NCBI GenBank assembly: GCA_015680685.1
Contig: MNCI01001305.1
Location: 93,887-157,886 of the forward strand
Source: Gnetum montanum
Taxonomy: Eukaryota > Plantae > Gnetophyta
DNA length: 64,000 nucleotides
Direction: 5' to 3'
Numbering within the stretch: the stretch's first letter is position 1; each line of letters opens with the position of its first letter. A program made the translations under genes and the position numbers. Under the pieces are notes generated by a model. It saw only the letters and a program-made list of their open reading frames with translations, ran no database searches and was not told where the DNA came from. Positions 49,501 to 63,397 of the stretch are shown here, one piece after another.

Positions 49501-49936
49501 TATTATATAATAACACTATTTCCTTAAAAATCAAAAATTCTACATCACATCCTTATTAAACAATTACAAATTTTTGCAACTTTTTAATAAAAAAAAGTAT
49601 TAAAAATGCATAAAATAGCGCCAAAGAAAAATTCAAAGCTTTTGCACAGAGAGGACCTAAAGCTAAAATCACAATGTAAACACATTAACACAACCTACAT
49701 GTAATACCCAATGTACATAAAACCAAAATTTTTCCAACATGTAGTCTTAAGCTCTATAAAATGCCTTCATATTGTAGTAAAAACTACTAAAAAAAAATCA
49801 ATGAAGGGTACCTAGAAATCATGCTAGATGAGCCTTCATTAATGGAGGATTTTGGGAGGTGGGAGATGCCTCTAGTAGTAACATCTACCTCCTCCAATGC
49901 TAGATTCTTGTTGGTTCCTCCTCTCCTCTTTGACAT
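46561..49936 (-). pseudogene. Antisense accessory gene of element D, exons 1-4
   Basis: Exon 1 49936-49812 (MSKRRGG...), exon 2 48600-48151 (VELIGLL...WFRLRTKEFLAFLLKNFSVIIWSHL...NTLMIGHQVHNLFQNPP), exon 3 from 48060, exon 4 from 47574. Confidence 0.8.
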
Positions 49937-50559
49937 CTTACAAGGTTGGAGTAGAATAATCAGCTTCTATATAATTGCTCTACCTTGGTGTTGGGAAATG
50001 ACCAAAAATATGCTAGTTGTGAGTGAAACTACAACCAAAAATGGTTGGAAAGCCTATTTTCCATGCATTTCTTATAAGAACTAAGCTAGTAAAAATAGTT
50101 TAGGTAAAGTTTCGATGTGAAAACCCTTCCTATACTTATGCATTAGTATAGTAACCCTTACACACATAACACCTACTTGACACCCAGTGAACTTAATGTT
50201 TACATATGAAAAGTCATAAATATGATTGGTTTACTTGGTTCTTAATTTTAAATAACCTTTTCACCTTGAATAGACCACATAATATGCCTTCCAAGTAAAC
50301 CATAAAAAACCTCAATGCAATGGGATTTCAAACTTTGACCCAAAAATACACTAGGGATTCATGTCCAAGCAAGTATCAAAACCTTGGAATAGATTGTAGG
50401 CACTAACCATGATCACGATGCATCTCCCAACTATCCATCCTTAATCCATTATGGTCAATAAAGCCCCATCCCAAACTAGAAACTTGAACACTGCCACTAG
50501 AGGATTCCAATTGCTAAAAATGGCCAAAAACACCTAGAACAAATCATTCTAAATATTTA

Positions 50560-51941
50560 TACATTGGCTACATACAAAGATACACTAGCTAGCATATTTA
50601 TATGGGGAATGGTAATGACCTACACTAACAATGTCTCCAAGTGATCTCCAAATTTCGAAGACTAAACTCCAAACCCTAACCTGAGTCTTCAGTAGCTTCA
50701 AAACCATGAAAACCTTATCAAAAGGTGTCTAAACCCAAGTATCCTTCACAAGTATGCTAGTGTAAGCATTAAATATGTTAACCAATGTATTTTTAGATAG
50801 ATGAAATACAATATAAACCAATAAGACCTCAAAAGGCCTCCAAAATTACAAACCCTTGCCTTGACACCTACTCAAAACCTCCGGTGACTTTGAAATCCCA
50901 AATGACCAGTCAAAAATAGGGCAAAATTGATCAAACCCTCAAAGATATTCTAGGATGAGCACTAAATACATTGGCTAGCATATAAATTTTAGAAAAATTG
51001 AAGAACAAGCCAACAAGCGATCAAAATAGCCTCCAAATGCCTCACTCTAATCCCATAATCCATCCAAGGCCTTTGATACCCATCGAACCTTAAAATTGAG
51101 CCAAGAAATGGTCAAAATAAATCAAATTCTTCATTTGTACACTAGCTCTAGTACTAAATATGTTGGCCAATGTATTTTGGAGAAGAAATGAACAAACAAA
51201 GTTTCCAGTGACCTCCTAAATCACCAATCTTGATCCTAAACCCTGGTGGTAGACACCAATGATCCCATAAGCCAAAAACCTAAGTTGATTAATCACGTAG
51301 ACTACCCAAAAGTCAAGATTCCACAAAAGATATGTTGGCATCAATACTAAATATGCTAGCTAGCATAATTTTAATTTTGGTGGTAGTTTTAACAACCTTA
51401 GACTTCAAATTACGTAAAATTTGATTGGAAAAGCTTGGAACCTTAGGGCCTAAAGCTAGTTACAACTTAACCTTAGTTTGGGCATGAAAAATTCAAGTTT
51501 CATCATTTGCATGTTAAGGCTAGGGGAAAATACACTAGCCAACATATTTTTCAGTAGGAGGTCTTCAAACTACACTTTTGTTAACCTATTTTGGCCTTAA
51601 AATGACCATTTTGCAACCCTAAGACCCATGTGTTACCCTAGGAGGATGCTGAAGCCAAAATTCCAAGTTTGAAGAACCATGGAATAATTTATTTTTTCTA
51701 AGAAGATATGCTGGCATAATCATCAAATATGCTAGCAAGAATATTTTCAAGCTCTTAGCAGCATCCAAGAACTAAAGAGGGTCAAATCAACATAAAAAAT
51801 GACTTATCCTTTCTCACAGTTCATTACACTAACATTTCAAGGCATCAAAACTCAAAAACTGGCCCAAACAAGCATCAGAAATCAAGTTTCATTAAAATAT
51901 ATGCTAGAGCCTATAATAAATACACTAGCTAGAATATTTTT
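50560..51941. repeat. Degenerate array with ~193-bp period carrying a conserved 40-bp bipartite motif
   Basis: Motif starts at 50560, 50753, 50946, 51138, 51331, 51510, 51707, 51900. Confidence 0.8.
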
Positions 51942-52564
51942 TCTTTTTTTTCTGCCTCTAAACAAGCTCAAAATGACCTCCCCAAGTGGTCAAACTCCTC
52001 CATCAATGTTGGAGCCTTCCATTACAGCCTACTAAGGCCTAAAATTGGAAAAATGTAACCCTAATTAACCAAGATTAACCATGTTTTGCCATATGTTACC
52101 TACAATTCCTGGTTTGGCCTTATTTCACTATGTTTTGACTTGACATGACCTTGTTTCACATTATTGTTTATCATTTCCATATCTTTTGGTGTCATTTGGC
52201 TTCATTTTCATCATTTTTGCATTATTTGGCTCTATTCCACCATATGTTTCCATCATATGGCATTGTTCGGTCCTTAGTTGACTTGATTTTACATCATTTT
52301 ATGTCATTTGACATCCGTAGGCCTTGTTTGACCTTACTTGACATCATTTGATGGGTTTCAACCATCGTTTAGCCTTCATTTTGCTTCATTTCACATTATT
52401 TCGCCTTTGTTTCACCTTATTTACATTAACTAACCTCTTGTAACCTTTGTTGACCATGTTTGAACCTTTTTAGGCCTTTGATTTAATGTACTTTGGCTCA
52501 TCTATGCATTATTACTAAAGTATCTTACAGTACTTTGATATTATTTAATCTTTTTATCACACAG

Positions 52565-55500
52565 GTGTTAATGTGCTTATGCTTGATATGCAAGATTGGA
52601 GTATGGACACCTGGAAACAATTTAGTTTGCCTCTGAGCTTAAGTGGATGTCATGGTAATTCTGAATGATTCATTAACCTTAATTACTTAGATCTTAAGCC
52701 TAAGAGCCCAGTTGACCACATAGCCTCTATAGAAAACCCCCATAAATGGCCTGAACACCTAATTAAAACATTTGACCTTGAGGCTAGTGACATTACTAAA
52801 GACTCTCTAGCTGAGCTTCCAATCACAACACATAGTGGTAAGGAGAAAACACTAAAATTAAATTTTTCACTTAAACCTTAGTAGGCTCAATACATCACCA
52901 AGATCCTTCAAGATAACATTAAGGCCTTCACTTGGTCATATGAAGATATGTTAGGTCTCGATCCATGCCTAGTGCAACACAACATTATACTTGATCCTAG
53001 TATTAAGCTAGTTAAGTAAAAGGTTCACAAAATTAGACCAAATCTAGCCTTGGTAGTTGGGGATTTGAGCTATCAATTACATAGATTGGGTGTCCAACAT
53101 AGTAATAGCCCCTAAGAAAAATGTATGTATTTGTATTAATTTCCAAGACATAAATAAGGAAACTATTAAAGACAATTTTTCTTTGCCTAGTATTGACCAA
53201 CTCATCAGTACTACTGATGCATATGCCTTGTTATCCTTAATGGATGGGTTCTTGGGATCCAACCAATTTAGGATTAACCTAGAGTATCAACTTTATACGA
53301 CCTTCATGATCCCTTTTAAAATATTTTGTTACACCATGATGTCATTAGGTTTAAAGCATACAAGCATAACCTATCAATAAGCCATGACATGCATATTTAA
53401 TGATTACATGCTATGGTTACTCAATGATTATGTGGATGACATAGCAGTCAAATTCAAAATGGCCAATGACCATGCACATGACATTAATCTAGTGCTTAAA
53501 CAATGCCTCAAATATGAGCTTAGGTTCAATCCTAAGAAGTGTGTCATTGACATCAAACTAATAAGATGCTTAGATTTGTAGTGTCTAAAGCAAGGATACA
53601 TGCCAATCTTGATAAGTTTAAGGCCATAACCAACTTGGTAGCATCTACTAACTTTAAGGAGCTTTAAGAACTACAAGGTAGATTGCAATTTGTTCATACA
53701 TTCATCTCAAGGCTTACAAATAAGCTATAATCCATGAAACACTTACTTAAGAAAGAAGTTTTCTATGGGTGGACTACCCAATGCCAACAAGCCTTTAATA
53801 GCATTAAGCAAGAGTTAGCCCAACTACCCATGATGTATTTTCCACAAAAGAATAAACCTTTTTACATCTACCTTGAAATTTATGACATGTCCATAGCCTC
53901 TCCACTTTGTCAAAAATGAGATGATGGAGTAGAGCTATCGATATCCTACCTAAGCCATGCATTAATAGCCTATGAAAGATAATACACTAATGTTGAGAAG
54001 TATTGTCTAGCCCTGGTCTTCTCATTAAAGAAGTAGAGATACTACCTCTGTAGGGGTCAGGTTAATGTCATATGCAAGGATAACATATTAAGAGCCATAA
54101 TGATTAATATTTATGAAAGTAGATGAATAGCATGTTGGAAATCCATAATAGCTAAGTTTGACCTATATTACATATCCCAAACCTCAACCAAAGGACAAGT
54201 TATAGCTACACAACTCACAGTTTTCCCAATGGAAGACCATGTAGCCATTGAACCTGAATTCCCTGATGAGCATGTTAACATGGTTAGTGAGGTACCTGAG
54301 GGCTATGAGGCCATTATGCACTTTAACAAAGCTTCAACTACCCATGGAGCAAGTGTTTCTATCATCTTAACATCATCTTCTAGTGTAATCCAACCTTTCA
54401 CCTACCATTTTTGATTTCCATGTACCAATAATGTGGTGAAGTATGAAGGATTACACAGATGAATGATGGTATCCTATGACCAAGGAATTAAATGCCTAAT
54501 GATGAAAGGTGATTCAAAACTTGTAGGTAATGAAGTAACTTAGGTTTATGCATGTAAAGCCAAACATTTGCAACCTTATTGTGACCTAACTAAGAAACTA
54601 ATGCAACAATTTATAGACATTGGTATTAAACATATGCCAAGTGTTTAAACATATACCCTGAATGGAGAATACCATAGCTAATGTCATTGCAACCTTAGCC
54701 CTATGTGTGATGCCAAATCTATTTAGCAAGTTAACTTCATTGACTATGAATGGTGTTATTCCCATAATGCAGAACACTGAAGGCATCTCTATAGTCACTG
54801 TTAATACTTCTTCTCAAAAAGAGTGGTATGAAAATATCAAGTTTTACGTAATGCATGGTGAATCTCTATAGAACCCGAATGCTTCTAAAAAGAAAGTTGG
54901 ATGTAAAATATTTAAGAAATATGTCATTGTAGGTGATGACATACTATGCTGAAGGTCCTACGATGGCATATTGTTAGTGTGCTTAGGTAAAAATGAAGCC
55001 CACACAGTCCTTGAGCAAGTTCATGAAGGTGTATGTGAAGGACATATAGGACCTAGAGCTATGGCTACAAAGATTAGAAGGTTAGGATATTATTATCCCT
55101 ATATCAAAAGTGACTACTTGTAAAAGGAAAAAATTATGATACTTATCAATAGCAAGGAAACTTAATACATGTGCCTCTAATTGAGCTACACACTACTTAG
55201 ATAACTTGGCCATTTTAAAGGTGGGAACTTGACATCATTTGACCTATAATGCCTATATCTTTTGCACAACATATCTTTATCATCATTGCAACTGAAAACT
55301 ATAGAAATCCCGTTCAAGTTATTTCTCTAAGGAAGACAACATCTCAATAAGTTAGTAAATTCATACTTGATAACATAGTAGCCTGTTTTGGCATACATTT
55401 AATCATAGCCATGGAAAATGGATTGTAGTTTAGTAGTCAAAAAGTGCAAGTCTTTTGTCAAGAACTAAGCATGAAGTATTTCTTTTCTTTACCTTATTAT

Positions 55501-56064
55501 CCTTAAGATGATGAACAAGTTGAAGCTAGCAATAAAGTTATCATAAACTTTCTCAAAAAGATGCTCAACAATAGTAGATGCAAATGGCATGAGTGGTGTG
55601 TCCATGTGCTTTGGGCCTATAGAACTACCTTTTGAACTACAACTAGTGTCATCCGGTATAGCCTAGTTTATGGATCTAAAGCTAGTTTTCCTTTAGAATT
55701 CTAGGTTCCATCACTGAGAGTGGCTCTATCTAACTTCATCAATGATAAGTAGAATAAGGAGTTGTGTACCATCGACCTTGATTCAGTGGAACAGAAAAAA
55801 ATACAAATGCTTGCTCACATTGAATGCTACCAAGAGAGGCAAAAGTAGCAACATTATCATGACCTAAACAAGTGAAAGATCAAGGAAGGAGACTTGGTCA
55901 TTAAGGCTATTTGAGAACATCCAGACAAGTTCTTAGCCAATTCGGAGGGGTCTTCATTGGTTACTAAATCCTATGATAATGGAACTTTTAGATTGATAGA
56001 TATAGATGGAAATGAATTGGCCAATCTAGTCAACCATTCCTATCTCAAGCATTATTACATCTAA
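52565..56064 (+). pseudogene. Element D pol: RT-RH-aRH-INT
   Basis: FTWSYEDMLGLDP, DNFSLPSIDQL, YVDD, CTNNVVKYEGL, GDSKLV, QVHEGVCEGH, WAYRTT. Stop TAA at 56062-56064. Confidence 0.93.
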
Positions 56065-56128
56065 TGTGATTTTCTTTATAGGTACAAATCAACAATTGAA
56101 ATTAGTGATCTTTACAACTTACAATAAA

Positions 56129-58851
56129 TGTAACACCCCACCTTAGCTTAAGGTAGGATGATGCCTAGGATCAAGTAACCTTAGCATGAAAGCATGATAA
56201 CTATAACCAATAATGTGCAGAATACATGATAATAAGAAAACTTAAATAGTACAAAACTTTCCCACCATACCAAAAACTAAACATACATATCATGTTACCA
56301 AAATGCATGTCTCTACATAAAGTAAACTATACACTACTATGCAAAAATACAAAAACATATAAACCTCATCATCGTATATAGAAGAATATAGCGAGTTTCA
56401 TATGAGGGTATCTAATCCACACTACTATACATGAAAATATACATCAGCCAAGCATAGAAGATTTTCCCCTCCTCTACCCTTCCTCTCCATGCTCATCTAG
56501 GCTCCTACACCCTTCACATGTAATTAAATAAAGTCAGTACACAATTGAGTGAGAATTATTTACACTTCCCATGCTAGATGGTTGACAAGTACTATACTAG
56601 AGGAGAGAAGTGGGATACAAGGCAACCTGAAACACTATTAATCTCATGCATGCTCAAAATAACATACATTGTATCACCCATAAAGCTAACATAATATCAT
56701 AGAAGCATAGACAAAGCCATGGTCTAACATCATCTATCATGCCCATGCCATCATACCCATGATATACCATATATAGTCCTTGATCCACACAATCATAATC
56801 CAAATAGAACACCTATTCTCAACAATATGACTCATAAACCAATACTATCATAGACATATCCCACATGGTTGCTAGCATATCTACACCCAATGAAGCATGT
56901 GAAATGTTTTCATGAGCACTCATAACAACCACTGCCTATAGGTCTTTTATTAGTCTTTTATTTATCCAATTGATGCTAGGGTCCATTAACATGTGACTCG
57001 CAACCACTAGCCTTCTAGAGGATTGGTGATAGGGAAGAACACACCTATGCCACAAACTAGTTGTGGGGACAAACACACCTATGCTCTCCCACTCTCAGGA
57101 TGAGGCCAAAGATAGGAGCCTCACCAATGCATCACAGTGGAGGTCAATCAAATACTACCTCTAGGATGCCTCATCACTAATTGGTCCACACCCTCATGCT
57201 AGCACCACTCGCCAACGACCATCACAAGCATCGTTGCGAAAACATATACATAATATGACTAACTTAAGCCAACACATACCCAAACATAACTACACAAATC
57301 CACCCCTAACAGTCATTTCATGAAAATAATACCACAATGCAATAGAACAACATGAAGACCTTAATATGACAAAAAGATACCATATTTCTCAAAAGACATG
57401 TACTTCCATATAAATGACCACTATAATGACTTTTAAAATGATGTCTTCCCAAAGAAAAAACTAATTCCATGATTATAAAGTTCTTTCCAAAATAATCCCA
57501 ATAATACTAATTTTACCTAAATCGGACTTCTAGAGGCAAAGTTATGCATGTTCAAAGTTTGAGTAATAAAATAACATTTAAATAATATTTGGAACACCCA
57601 AGAATTCTCACACCCCAATAGGCCCCACAAATAACATATTTGAATCATACAAGTCTCATCAACATCAAATATCATATTTTATAAGTCCACATCATCCCAT
57701 ACCTTGCATATACATTAATCCACAATCTGTAACCAAAATTAAACAATTTTGGGAAAAGAGACAAAATAACATTTCCAAGCTCAATCCCAAAGCTACTCAC
57801 CCCACATACCCACATTGCATAATCATATACACTAATCTATACAAGGAAAAGGTAAAGACAACCCACCAAGTAAAATTATTAGGGTAGAAAGAGCAAAACA
57901 AGGAGAAAATCCTCAAAAATCTAGCAGGACTCAATTTTTCTCTTAACAAATTTTTCACCCACATAGATATGTTCGTAGCAATCCCAAATCCAAGTTTAGA
58001 GTAAGAAAAAAGCATCTACAAGGCTCAAAATTTAGAAAAAGAAGAAAGTAGGAGGAAAAATAGTAAAAAAAAAAAAGACTTGTGTGTTTCTATATCTGAA
58101 ATAGTGAAATAGCGAAAAACAAACAAACACCAAACCATGGTAGTATAGAAAGGTAGTGGTTAAAGTAAGAGAGAAAAATACAAGTTTTAGGCCATGTTAC
58201 TTGTGGCGGAAGTAGAAAAAAATAGTAATCACCATTGGCGGTGAAAATAATAAAGAAAAGAAATGACACATAATACACATAAAGAAAACCAATGATGTGC
58301 TCCTCACATTGTGTGAGTTAATTTTTCTTTTTCTTATTTTTTATTTTCATTTAAATTATTTATTACTTTTTTAAAATTTATTTTCATTTTTCTTCTTCGC
58401 AACTAATACCATAAACTTTAATCATGTGTAACAGACACATCGAGACTCCAAATCAAAATTCATTTGAACCTACGAGATCCATATCATATGCTCTACGCAT
58501 TCACATCCCAAAACCACACTTGAGCATCACACAACATAGGGCTATAGTACAAATGCCTACATACCAAAATCACACATAAAGCATAAAACATACTAGATCG
58601 GTGCTCTTGTACCCCAATCCCACATTCCACACCCCTACCAACAACCTCACCTGTCTAACACATCACACAAGGCTAGTCTACATAATCATGTTAGTTAAGC
58701 ATGCAAATACATCATAATCATAACAAAAAAATGAAGTCTCATAACATATAAAATACATTAACTCATTCCTAAAAACCCACTAGGACTCCACATGTAATGT
58801 CTAAATCATATGCATATGACCATACCTACTAGCTCTGGGTGGGGTGTAACA
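56129..58851 (-). repeat. 3' LTR of element F (~2720 bp)
   Basis: TGTAACACCCCA...TGGGGTGTAACA near-perfect inverted termini. 21 mismatches in 294 nt versus the other LTR (56191-56484 vs 63481-63774, counted by eye). Confidence 0.92.
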
Positions 58852-58864
58852 CTCTCCCCTCTTT
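58852..58864 (-). promoter_or_regulatory. Polypurine tract of F
   Basis: Minus-strand AAAGAGGGGAGAG directly abutting the 3' LTR. Confidence 0.88.
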
Positions 58865-58877
58865 AAGAATCTTCCTC

Positions 58878-61800
58878 TTAGAAGATCTTAGGATGAGCTA
58901 CATGCATCTCAGTCTCCACCTCCCAAGTAGCCTTCGAAGCTCCATGCCTACTCCATAAAATTTTGACCATAGAAACAACTTACTACATAGATGTCGCAAC
59001 ATACGATCAATAATTTCTACTAGTTTCTCAACATAACTAACATCAAACTACAGTTGTATTCCTAAATGGCTAATCACATGTTGTTCATCGAGCACATAAC
59101 AGTGTAGCATAGATACATGAAAGAAATCATGGACATGTGCTAAATGAGGAGGTAATTCCATCCAATAGTCCACTTTCCCAGTTCATTGTAACACCTAAAA
59201 TGGACTAATAAATCTAGGAGCCAATTTCCCTTTTTTGAAAAATTGAGTAAGGCCTTTAAAGAAGAAATATGATTAAATACATGATCTCAAACTATAAACT
59301 CTAGTAGCATTCAATGTGAATTAGCATATGCTACCTACCTATCCTATGCAACTTCCAATCTATCTCAAATCTCCTGAATCTACTCTGTAGTCTACCTCAC
59401 CAAATCAGTGCTCACTTGTTCACGATCTTCTATGATATCCCAGCATAAAGGTGTTCTATATGGCCTACCATATAAAATCTCATATGGTGCTACTTGCAAA
59501 CTCTCCTAGTAACTATTATTAATGGTAGCAACCAATCCCAACCTTCTCTATACTACAATGCATAGGCTCTTAATATGTCTTCTAGAATTTGATTTACCCA
59601 TTTAGTTTGACCATTAATTTGTGGATGATATGCTAAATTGATATTTATCTGTGTACCCATATCCTTCTAAAATGCCTGCCAAAAATGTGACATGAATTAC
59701 GCATCTCTATTACTAATAATCTATTGTGGCACATCATGCAACCACACTATCTCTACAAGAAAGAGATGTAGAGTTTCCATTGTACTTATTGAGGATTGTA
59801 TGGCAAGGAAATGGGTAGACTTTGTCAACAAATCAACAACTACTAAGATATCATCATGACCACTACAATCTTGTCGAAGACCAACAATGAAATCCATACC
59901 AATAGCATCCCATTTCCATTGAGGAATATCATGGAAATGCAAATATCCCCCAGGTCTCTAATGCTCTATCTTCACTTGTTGGCAAATTAAACAACAACAT
60001 ACATACTCTCCTACATTCCTCTTCATACTAGGCCACCAATACATTCTTCATAAGCTCTAGTACATTTTCTAACTACCTAGATGCATTTGGTATCTACTCA
60101 TGTGGGCCTTATTCATCAACTAAAGCTAGGGAGCTTCTAGAACACATACTTGACCATCCCTTTGTAATACTCCATGACTATCCACAAAGAACAATCCATT
60201 AGAGCTAAGTTGTTGCCTCAATGCCTGACACCAAGGATCATGTTGTTGTTGCTCTTGTATCTGCTCTTGCAAGTCCAATTGGATTGTTAAGTTATTGAGC
60301 TTACTCACCATCCTACTCAATGCATCTGCTACTTTGTTAGTCTTGTTGGGCCAATATTTAATAGTGAAATCAAAATCAATAAGCAACTTCACCCATCTAT
60401 GTTGTCCTAGGTTTAACTGTGGATGACTCATGAGATATTGAAGGCTCTTATGGTTAGTCCAAATAGTAACCTACTCTACATATAGATAATGCTACCAAAT
60501 CTTCAATGCAAAGATCACAACACCCAATTCTAGATCATGCATGGGACATCTCATTTCATGTGGCCTCAATTGATAGGATCCAAAAGCCACAACTTGTCCA
60601 TCCTGCATCAAGACAAAACCAAATCCATCCCTTGAGGCATCATTACTAACATCATATGGATGTCCTAGTGTAGGAGATATTATCAGGAGCAGTCACCAAT
60701 ATATGCTTCAACTCCTCAAATGTAGCCTGACAAGTTGGGCCCCAAGTAAAGATAGCCTCCTCCCTCAACAATTAAGTCAAAGGAGATGCTATGCGAGAGA
60801 AATGTTCTACAAACCTTTGATAATATCTTGCTAACTCCAAGAATCTTTGTACCTCCACTATTGAGTGTGGCATAGGCCAATCATGAAAAAATGCAATCTT
60901 TGCATGATCCACAAAGATACTAGCTCCTAACACCACATGTCCTAAGAACTAAATCTCTTATTGTCAAAATGAATACTTGGACAGCTGAGCATACAGTTGG
61001 TACTCCCTCAAAGTATGTAAAATCATCAATAAGTGCTCTACATGCAATTTCTCATTAGGAGAATATATTAAGATATCATCGATGGACACAATCACAAACT
61101 AATCTAGGAATGGACACATCACACTATTCATGAGGTGCATGAAAATTTTTGATGCATTTGTCAATTCAAAAGGTAGCACCAAAAACTCAAAGTGGTCATA
61201 CGATGTTTTGAATGTTATCTTTGATACATCCTGCTCACGAACCCACACTTGATGATACCTAAACTTGAGATCAATCTTTGAGAATATAGGAGCTCCTCGA
61301 AGTTGATCCAACAAGTCATCAATGCATGGCAAAGGATATCTATTTTTCATAGTCACTTGGTTCAATCACTTGTAATCTATGCATAACCACAAATACCCTT
61401 CCTTCTTTTTAACAAATAGCACCTATGCACCCCACGATGATACACTGGGGTGAATAAGGCCTTTATCCAACAATTCCTATAGCTAAATCTTTCGCTCTAC
61501 TAGCTCTATGGAATACATCCTATGTGGAGCCTTGGAAATAAGCTCTATACCAAGTTTAAGTTTTATCTCAAACTAAATCTCTCGCCTAGGTGGCAAACTC
61601 AGTAATTTGGACTAGAATACATCAGGAAATTCATTAACCATAGGAATTTGATCTATCTCCACCATGGTTGTTCTATAGATTGTAGCCACAAAGCATGCAT
61701 ACCCTTTTCGAAGCATCCTATGGTACATCCAAGAGGAGACTAAATCCAAGTGCATAGTCCTTGAATGAGTTTGTACCTCAATCAAAGCACCATCAATTGA

Positions 61801-63316
61801 TTGTAAGCATAGGAGCTTTTGCTAACAGTCCAAACTAGCATTAAACTATGACAACCAATCCATTCCTAAAATAGCATCATATACCCCAATATCCATAACA
61901 TGTAAATTACTAACCCACTGCACACCTTCCAATTCTACTAGCATACATATACACACCTAATCAACTTGATTTTCATGATCCCTAGCAGAAGATACTATCA
62001 ACCGAGGAGAAAGAAAATGATAGACAAGAGCTATGTGCAACCATAGGATCTATGAAAGAATGTCTAGCACTGAGATCAAATAAAATTAACATAGAAAAGC
62101 CCAAAATCATACCTCTCATCTCCATCATTTTGTTTGGCTACATGTACAAGGGCTAGTTTGTTAAGGCATGCATTCATCCTAGAGTCCTCTGGTCCCCTCC
62201 TCTGAGCTCAGTGACTAGTGCTTCCCATCCACCCTAAACTAGAGGTTACTGTCATCAACCTCTACCTCCTCCACTACTACCTGCCTACTCTAGGCACTCT
62301 CAAGCCTAATGCGCTAGTTTCCCACATGTAAAATAATTCTAGCAATCCCTTTGAAAATTACTAGGCTACCCACATCTATTACACACAATAGCTTCATGAC
62401 CATCTCCAATACTAGGATCATGAGTGAGTGTTAAATGCTCTCCTTCATGGCCACAAGCTTGCTTAGAGGGGCTAGGCCTCTCTCCAAATGTTGTTCCTCT
62501 CTTCTACCCCTATCACCTCTCTCTACACTTTGTATCCTCCTACTAACTCCTCTCTAAATCCATGGCTACTGCTCTCGCTTCATCATAGGAAGTTAATCTA
62601 AGTGGTAATAGGTGATCCTTCAAAGATGTTCTCAAACCTCAAATAAACCTATTTGCCTGTGCTTGAGCATCGGTCTGTAGCTGGGGTACATAACTACTCA
62701 ACTTAGAGAAACAAGAATCATACTCTGCTACAAACCAACTACCTTGATACAAATGGTATAATTCAACCTCCTTGGCCTATGCATATTGGGTAGACACATA
62801 ATGACCTCTAAAAGATGCTATAAAATCATCCCATACCACCTCTTGACTAGTCCATCCCTTTGCCTACTCTTTAATTATCCACCATTGCTAGGTAGTACCA
62901 ATCAATTGATAAACTACCAAGCAAGTCTACTGAATTGATGAACAACCCATAAAATCAAAAGCTTTTTTTAATTTCTCTAACCATTCTATAGCCATAGTGG
63001 GATCCTCAGTGCCATCAAATTTTGGAGGTCCCAATTTCCCAAACTACTCCACTAGTTCCCTATTGATAGGTTGTCTATTTGATTCTCTTAAGCCTCCACT
63101 ACCACTACCACTTCCCACTTTCCTAATCATGGGAACATGAGTAGGAGCATCACTAGCTACAACATGCTACTACAAAATCTGTAACAATTATTGTATAAAA
63201 TCTGATTACCTATTTGTAGGACCACTGCTAGATGTTGGAGGCGGTTACTCTTATCCATCATTAGACCCTTCTAGTCTATAGGCCCCACCAACACCATGAC
63301 CACATCTACTATACAT
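58878..63316 (-). pseudogene. Element F gag-pol with C-terminal chromodomain
   Basis: Gag PPKFDGTEDP...EWL, knuckle CNRCG*PSNFQRDC, PR ILFDLSARHSFI, RT KNRYPLPCIDDLLDQLRGA..FSKIDL, RH NKVADALSR, INT IPQWKWDAIGMDFIVGL, chromodomain VKILWSRHGASKATWEVETEMHVAHPKIF*. Confidence 0.93.
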
Positions 63317-63382
63317 CTCTGTAACCTAAAATTACACAAATGGATGAGTACCCCCACTATCATACAACATCAGAGTAAACTA

Positions 63383-63394
63383 GCTCTGATACCA
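63383..63394 (-). promoter_or_regulatory. PBS of F (initiator tRNA-Met)
   Basis: Minus-strand TGGTATCAGAGC, 3 nt from the LTR end. Confidence 0.95.
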
Positions 63395-63397
63395 CAA

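Larger units (their letters stand above)
46514..56128 (+). mobile_element. Element D: older, more diverged member of the same Tat lineage (partial: antisense gene exons 1-4, spacer, pol)
   Basis: Same order as B. Left side cut by E, right side interrupted by chromovirus F 64 nt after the INT stop. Confidence 0.85.
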
